A stretch of DNA of 58,059 nucleotides, the filler included, from Jimgerdemannia flammicorona (taxonomy: Eukaryota), in the NCBI GenBank assembly GCA_003990765.1. It is 3 parts of 3 records of this genome, joined end to end, with 100 filler letters (N's around TTAATTAATTAA, not from the genome) between each part and the next. Parts side by side here need not be neighbours in the genome. Positions count along the whole stretch, not along the records: positions 38,775 to 58,059 come from RBNJ01001983.1; 2 more parts are not named here. One strand, 5' to 3'. The translations under genes and the position numbers were made by a program. The notes beneath the pieces were generated by a model. The model did not search any database. It was not told where the DNA came from and saw nothing but the letters and a program-made list of their open reading frames with translations. Of the stretch, positions 51,801-58,059 are shown piece after piece (the first letter of the stretch is position 1; each line of letters opens with the position of its first letter).

Positions 51801-51801
51801 A
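45811..51801 (+). pseudogene. Gag-dUTPase-PR-RT-RH-IN-chromodomain polyprotein of copy F (stops and frameshifts)
   Basis: IPTFSG Gag, CFICKKAGHISVKC knuckle, dUTPase, LLDS protease, YIDD, TDAS/EKELLA, H..GH..C..C integrase, GPY/F, EFEIEKVL..KWKGY..TWE chromodomain. Confidence 0.93.
47680..48085 (+). pseudogene. dut: dUTPase domain inside the retrotransposon polyprotein
   Basis: All five trimeric dUTPase motifs across copies: AGYDL, RSSLA, GVVDQGFTGEI, GQRIAQAI, RGKKGFGST. Confidence 0.92.
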
Positions 51802-52446
51802 GTATAGGAGCACACAGCGAGCAGAAGGATACCACATATTTTTATCTGGAAACATATAATACCAAACATTGTGAAAAAAGGAACACTATAGATAACCAAC
51901 AAAAAAGATATTCTGAACAAAAGAACAATCTAGTACAGTACAGCAAAATGTATTTGAATAACTCCATTTCACGCCATCTGTGTCATCTCCACTGGATGAT
52001 GACGGATGCTTCATGTGAAACTTAGGAAAGCCGACAATGTCAAAACCAGTCTAAGTCTATCCATGTGACAGATATTATTACTAAGAATTGCCTTGGATTA
52101 CAAGAAAGTCTATTTCTGAGAGGTTCAAACCCCCAGCCACGACAATGGGAGCCCTCACCCTAACAAGGATGGCCAGTCCTCGCAAATATGTCAACCAGAC
52201 AAAAAAAATGTGGACCAAGACCTGTTAACCCTGTGTAACCACAACTATAGGTGACAAGATCTTTGAAATCAGGATTTTCTCATATGACCAGCACATGCTC
52301 TGCTTACAGCACAGATTATGCATTTTTGCCAGAAAGCATGACCAAAGGAAGGTTATATCAGATGGGTGAATAAGTATAAATACCCAAGGCAAGAATACCC
52401 CACAACTCTCATCCCCCTTTCCTTACAAAGAAAAGACAAGACAAGA

Positions 52447-53274
52447 ATGCCTGTCACCTGCTGCCAAACTGCCCACTATAGTCAGCCCCTCCTAAGCCAG
52501 GTTGACTGCCTCTTTGGACACATCTAGGTTGCTATCCAAGGAAGGAACCGCCGCTCAGAGGCCCTTAACCTCTCCAGCCCAGACCTAGGACAGTATGTCC
52601 TTGACTGCTGTGAAATTATTGAAAGGGCCTACCTTACTACCAGCCACCTAGAAATCTGGCACAAATATGAAATTGGTCACCAGCTTCTCCAATATACAAG
52701 TGGCCTACCCATGGACCAGGTCTCTGACTGGACTCACCTAGACAGGCATGAGCAAAGACTTGCCAAGAAGGTCTATCAAATTATGCACCATGCACTCTTC
52801 ATGATCCCCAACCTCAACTATATATAACTGAAGGACTTCTAGAACCTCTCTTTCCCTGAGGTCGATGCCCTAGAAGTCAAGGTCGCCCAAGAAGCCAACT
52901 TCTGGATTGCCCTCAAGTCTACTGACATCAAACCTCATTAAAGCCCCCTCCTGAATGACAATCCTGACCAATGACTCCAAGGTCTCTCTGACCTCTTTGA
53001 AGAACCACCTATCTGAATGGATATTCCCAGGCATGAAGATCAAGAGTCCTACTTAGATGGCCCCAACTGCATCAGATGGAGAACCCCTACACCAGCACCT
53101 GTCCCAATGCAAGAACCATTTGCAGACCTCATTGACTTCTCTATCCTGGACAGCAAACCATCAGTAACCACCCCCCCTGCCCCTGAAGAAGATGGTAACA
53201 ACCCTGAGGAGGATTCCCCACCTTTCTTTCCCCTGGTTCACAATTTCTCAATCAATGAGGACATTGATTTCTAA
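52447..53274 (+). pseudogene. ORF3 of copy F (275 aa, unknown function)
   Basis: ATG 52447 in frame with 52711 and 53017. Stop overlaps the PPT. TATAAA at ~52375. Confidence 0.8.
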
Positions 53275-53285
53275 GGGGGGAAGAA

Positions 53286-54097
53286 TGTAATAGAATGAAT
53301 GAGCAAACAGAAGGGACATAACGAGATGAATGATCATGTGACCCGGTGATGACATCATCATACAATCGAGTGCAGCATATGAATAATGAACGAATGAACG
53401 AATGATGCAAAATGATGTAGAAAACAATATCCAGCTTATCCCCAATAATCAGTGCCGCAGCAATAGTTACCACAGCTGCTGATCATTGCCTAGTAATTGA
53501 GGTCCTGATCACAAAGATATTCTTTACCAAAAACCATCTGACAAAAGTCATGATCACAAACCTCATTATAGTTACCAAATTAGTCACTCATACTTAGTCA
53601 GAAATCGCAGACCAACTTGTATAAATACCCCCCAGTTTCCATCCGAAATAAAGTAGTTTTAGTTCAGTTCTTGATACAAGAATCAAGTCCCCCACACACA
53701 CACATTCCCCTGAGTCTTAGTAATGACATCTAAGTGACTCTAGTATTTCTGACTAAACTCCAGAAGCCTAGCTAACTTCTGCCAGAACTGAGACCAGTAT
53801 ATAAATCCCCAAAGACTTAAGTAAATCCATTGAACCTGAATTCCAAGGCGAATTCAGTCTGTGCACAGCAAAGAACAAGATCCTTGAAATAGGGCACAAG
53901 AGAAAGACCTTTGAAACAGAAGGCAAACCAGAAAAAGACCTTTGAAAGATAAGGTACTGCCACTACAACTACTTTAAGCAAGTGCTTCCTCAAACTGAAG
54001 GCTTCTTGGTATACATTATGTACTAAGTCCCTAAGTAATAGTCCACTTTCCTAATTATTCAAAGGATAAGAGAGGGGTAGAAGTGAGAGTTATTACA
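53286..54097 (+). repeat. 3' LTR of copy F
   Basis: TGTAATAGAATG...GAGTTATTACA after PPT AAGGGGGGAAGAA. Confidence 0.95.
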
Positions 54098-57000
54098 GAC
54101 AATGAAGTCCATTACAATCTGGTCCCAGTTGTGACTTGGGATAGGCAAGGGTTGCAGGAGTCCAGCTGGTAGCTTGTTACCACTTTTAAACCTTTGGCAC
54201 ATCTCATATGAGGTCACAAAGTCTTTGATGTCCTTGGTCATCTTTGGCCAATAGAACTCTCTTGAGAGAAGGTTGTAGGTTTTTTCAAAACCAAAATGTC
54301 CTGCTACAGGAGTATCATGGAGTTCCTGCATGATCTTGAGTTGCAGAGTATCATTGTTGGGTATAACCACTCTGTCATGGTCCCTATAGATAAGTCTATC
54401 ACGATAGGTGAATCTCTTGGCCATTTGCCTCATGGGTTCTGGAACCTCGGCCTCTGGATCTTAGCAGAATTGATGGAAGTTCATCAGGGGGCTGTCCTGC
54501 TGGTAGTCATCCTTGATCATTTGGGTAAGGTCTCCAATTACTTTGACTATAAAGACAAGTTCATCTTCTATATACCTGGAGAAACCATCAGCCACACAGT
54601 TGGTTTTGCCTGGGATATACTTGATTTCCATATCAAAGTTGGTAATGATTTCCATCCAGCAGGCTTGTCAGTGGGTCAGCATGGGCTGTGTGTGAATATA
54701 CCACATGTATAGTGATCAGTGTAGGTTATAAATGGCTGTCCTAGGAGGAAATGGCACCATTCCTGAAGTGCAGTGACAATAGCCAGAAGTTCCTTCTCAT
54801 GGGTAGTATACTGGGTCTCAGCTGGCTTGAGCTTTTGAGAAAGATAGGCCACTGGGTGGTCTTCTTGGCTGAGCACTGCCCCAATGGCAATGTCAGAGAT
54901 ATCTGTGGTCAGAGTAAATAGTCTGGTAGGGTCAGGTGCAATTAGCACTGGGGCCTCAGTAAGGAGTCTCTTGAGATGGTCCATAGCCAGAGTGCATTTG
55001 GGGGTCTATTCAGCTTTGATGTTTACTTCTTTGCAGACCAGGCTGGTCAATGGAGCTGCAATAGCAGAGAATCCTTGGATAAACCTTCAGTAATAACCAG
55101 CAATACCCAGAAAGTGCTGGAGTAGCTTGAGGGTAGTAGGGATAGGGATATCCTTAAGGGCTGATACCTTTCAGAGGTCTACATTGATACCTTCAGCAGA
55201 GATGATGTGTCCTAAGTACTCAATCTGGTCTTAATAGAACTTATACTTGCTCATCTTGGCATAGAGCTGGTGTTCTCATAGGAGGGTCAGTACTTGTCTG
55301 AGGTGGGTGTAATGTAGCTCTACTGTCTCACTGTAGATTAGCATATCATCAATATACACAAGAACACAGATATTGAGGAGTGGTCCAAAGATGTCATTCA
55401 TCAGTTACTGGAATATTGCTAGTATATTGGTCAATCCAAAAGATATGACTTGGAACTGGTAATATCCAAACCATGTTCAGAAAGCTGTCTTCTTGATGTC
55501 CTTCTCATCAATAAGAATCTGGTTATAGCCATTTCACAAATCCAGTAGAGAAAAGGTCTTGGTCTTGAATATTTGGTGTAGCAACTCATCAATTCTAGGT
55601 AAGGCATACCAGTTCTTGATGGTGATCTTGTTGAGGGCTCTGTAGTCAATACATATTCACAGAGAGCCATCCTTCTTCTTGACAAATAGAATGGGGGCTC
55701 CAAATGGAGAGTGGCTGGGTTCAATGTATCCTTGAGCCAGTAGTTTGGTCAACTTGTCCTTGAGGGTCTTGAGCTCAGATTGGGTCAGTTGGTAGATACT
55801 CTTGTATGGGGGTTCAGATCCTGGAATAAGATCAATTCCATGTTGGATTTGGTGCTTAGGTGGAAGTCCTTGGGGGTCTTGGAATACATCTTGGAATTCT
55901 TCGAATAGCTCTTGAGCTTCTGTTGGAATTGAACTACTTGTAGCTTCAGTGACTTCTTGTACTGTACAGATGAAGTAGGTGTTTTCCTTTTTTCAAGAGA
56001 GTCTCTTTATTTGAATAGCAGAGATGATTTCGATTCCTTAGTGGTTGGTACCTTCCTGTAGTATCAGAGTGATCTTTCTACCTTTGTGGGTCAGGTTAAT
56101 CTCATTGGTTCTCCAGTTGATGTCTGGGTTGTGCTGGGTCAACCAGGCTTTTCCTAAGATAATATCTTGTCCTGAGAGGTCTACAATGCTGAAGTCTAAC
56201 TTCTCTTGATATTTGCCAATCTTGAGCAAAAGATCTTTGCAGATCTTGGTCAATGGTGCAGTTTTACCATTACCAAAGATAACACTTCTTTTCTCAGTAG
56301 CTGGTCTGCTTTAGGCTCCAATCCTCTTAGCAGTCTTGGTACTGATATAGTTTCCAGTAGCACCACTATCAAGCAGGACATTGACATTTTGTCTGTGGAC
56401 TTGGCCTGTGAACTTAATGCTACTCTCCTCCTTTTTGATGGTATTGAGCTCTTCATCTTCATTGTTGTTGTCCTAATTGCTATCAGTCTCCTCAAGTCAG
56501 TTTCTCCCCATTCTTCACAAGGTGGGTTGTCTTGTTTGGGTTTCTCAGTCTGTGGAGCTTGGTTTCTTTCAGAGTTGATTTTGAAAACCTTGAAGAGGCA
56601 TGCATGGCATTCACTAACATGTTCTATGCAGTATATTCAAATAGAATGAGGGCATCATCCACATGGTGCATAACCATCTGCAATTCTCTTATATCAGTTT
56701 TCATCATCTTCCTTCATGATAGTGACCTTTTGACTGGGGGGTTTGTTGGTAGATCCAAACCCTTTCTTGCTACAGTCTGTCTGGGAGAGTTCAGAGACTT
56801 CTTCAATGGTGAGATCTTGATGGATTTCTTCAATGATTGCTTGGGCAATCCTTTGGCCTGTTTTGACTTCAAATGATGTGTCTCCAAAATTTTGCAAGAT
56901 GACATGGATTTTGCCAGTAAATCCTTGGTCAACTACTCCTCCTCCTAGTCCAATGTTGAACTCTTTGACTTGGCTGCTTTGTTCAGCAAGGTGGATGTAT

Positions 57001-57756
57001 GTTCCTTTGGGGGCTTGTATTGCAATTCCTGTTCACACTGTAGCATTGGTGCTTGGTGGAATAGTGAGGTCTTGGCTGCTGTAGAGATCATATCCAGCAT
57101 CGATTGGATGGGCCTTAGTGGGGATGGTAGCCTTGTATCATATCTTCTGTACTTTGATGACATTCTTGGGGTTCTTCTTTCCTGGGCCTTCTCTAATGAT
57201 AGTAATGTTCTGGTTACTGGGTTTGTCTGATCTGTTTCTCTTCTTGGGACATTTGACTGAGATGTGTCCTACCTTCTTGCAGATAAAGTACAATCTCTTT
57301 TCGCAGAGCTGCTTCTTCTCATCCTCAGTGGGAGGTCTGGGTCCTCTGAGATTTCGCTGGTTCCTTTGATCATTTCTCTTGATAGGATTCCTTCTATCTT
57401 GGTTATCCTTCTTGTGTTCTTGAATTCGTGGAGCTTGTGCAGCAAGGATTTCACAGGCTCTTCTTTGTACTTGGGCAAAGCACCATGAGTAGTGAGGATA
57501 TCCTTTGGGAAGACCTTGTTCCTTGATCTTCTGGGTGAGCCAGTCTGGTAGGGCTGCGAAGAGATGGTTGGCTCTGGTACCATTGATGACCAAATTGTTC
57601 TCCTGGTAGATAAGTCTAATGGTTTTGAGGTAGGCATCCATTCTGGTGGCAAAGGTCTCTAGATCCTCTTTGCCATTCTTGTGGTACTTCATCTGGGATA
57701 GTTTATTTCAAGTTTCTTGTATGTAGGCTGCATTTCGGAATTTGATCAGTAGCAAG

Positions 57757-58059
57757 TAGTGCTCCGCAAACCCAACCCGATTAACCCGAAACCTGACCCG
57801 TAAAACAGCCAACCCGGAATTAGACGTCACCCGTCTTTAACCCAACCCGGAATTATACGTCACCCGTCTTTAACCCGACCCGGAATTATACGTCACCCGT
57901 CTTTAACCCGACCCAGAATTGTACGTCACCCGTCTTTAACCCGACCCGGAATAATACGTCACCCGTCTTTAACCCGACCTGGAAATGTATATCACCCGAC
58001 CCGTTATTTACCCTTAACCCAAACCTGAACCCGACCCCTGAACCCGACCCTGAACCCGA
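57757..58059. mobile_element. Terminus of a probable hAT-superfamily DNA transposon
   Basis: Gag sequence stops sharply at 57756. The new sequence begins TAGTGCTCCGC (TAG/CAG-type TIR start) and is dense in ACCCGA/ACCCGACCCG subterminal motifs, with CpGs intact. Confidence 0.55.
57811..58003 (+). repeat. ~6 x 33-bp tandem repeat
   Basis: Unit (G/A)ACCCGGAATTATACGTCACCCGTCTTTAACCC starting at 57811, 57844, 57877, 57910, 57943 and 57976. Confidence 0.9.

Larger units (their letters stand above)
44913..54097 (+). mobile_element. Full-length Gypsy/chromovirus copy F nested in the integrase of copy E (opposite orientation)
   Basis: LTRs 44913-45724 and 53286-54097 (812 bp each). TSD GACAA at 44908-44912 and 54098-54102. 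PBS 45728-45741, PPT 53273-53285. Confidence 0.96.
41599..57756 (-). mobile_element. Gypsy/chromovirus copy E, interrupted by copy F and truncated in gag by a DNA transposon
   Basis: 3' LTR 41599-42357, ORF3 42369-43199, pol 43840-44912 resuming at 54103, through RT/PR/dUTPase to gag at 57756. Confidence 0.92.

Noticed and set aside
52447..53274. ORF3 as an envelope gene
   Set aside because: No signal peptide, furin site/fusion peptide or transmembrane helix is visible.
57811..58003. 33-bp repeats as a CRISPR array
   Set aside because: Head-to-tail units with no unique spacers, eukaryotic context, and no cas genes.
57770..58059. TAACCC-like motifs as a telomere
   Set aside because: No contiguous (CCCTAA)n run. 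The motifs are ACCCGA-type, and a C-rich plus strand is the wrong orientation for a right-hand chromosome end.

Overview
Eukaryotic, fungal-like sequence. Gene style and TE load suggest an early-diverging fungus such as Mucoromycota (inference). It consists of three pieces joined by two artificial 100-nt linkers (44N-TTAATTAATTAA-44N at 19288-19387 and 38675-38774), so adjacency across them is not trustworthy. The two outer pieces are CpG-depleted nests of one Ty3/Gypsy chromovirus family: six copies or fragments, ~0.8-kb TG...CA LTRs, 5-bp TSDs and a tRNA-iMet-type PBS. They also hold LINE remnants and one end of a probable hAT DNA transposon. The retroelement is unusual. It has a single long ORF: Met-less N-terminal extension, Gag, zinc knuckle, dUTPase, Cys/His cluster, protease, RT, RNase H, integrase, chromodomain. 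This is followed by a separate, conserved ~275-aa ORF of unknown function in the env position, with its own TATA box. The middle piece is a CpG-rich gene island: a KH/FUBP-like protein, MRP51, a Cys2-like serine O-acyltransferase, RRP8, a secreted GH37 trehalase, an F-box protein and a truncated MFS transporter. It also contains a candidate ~235-nt structured, Pol III-like ncRNA (26637-26875, minus) that I could not assign to a known family.
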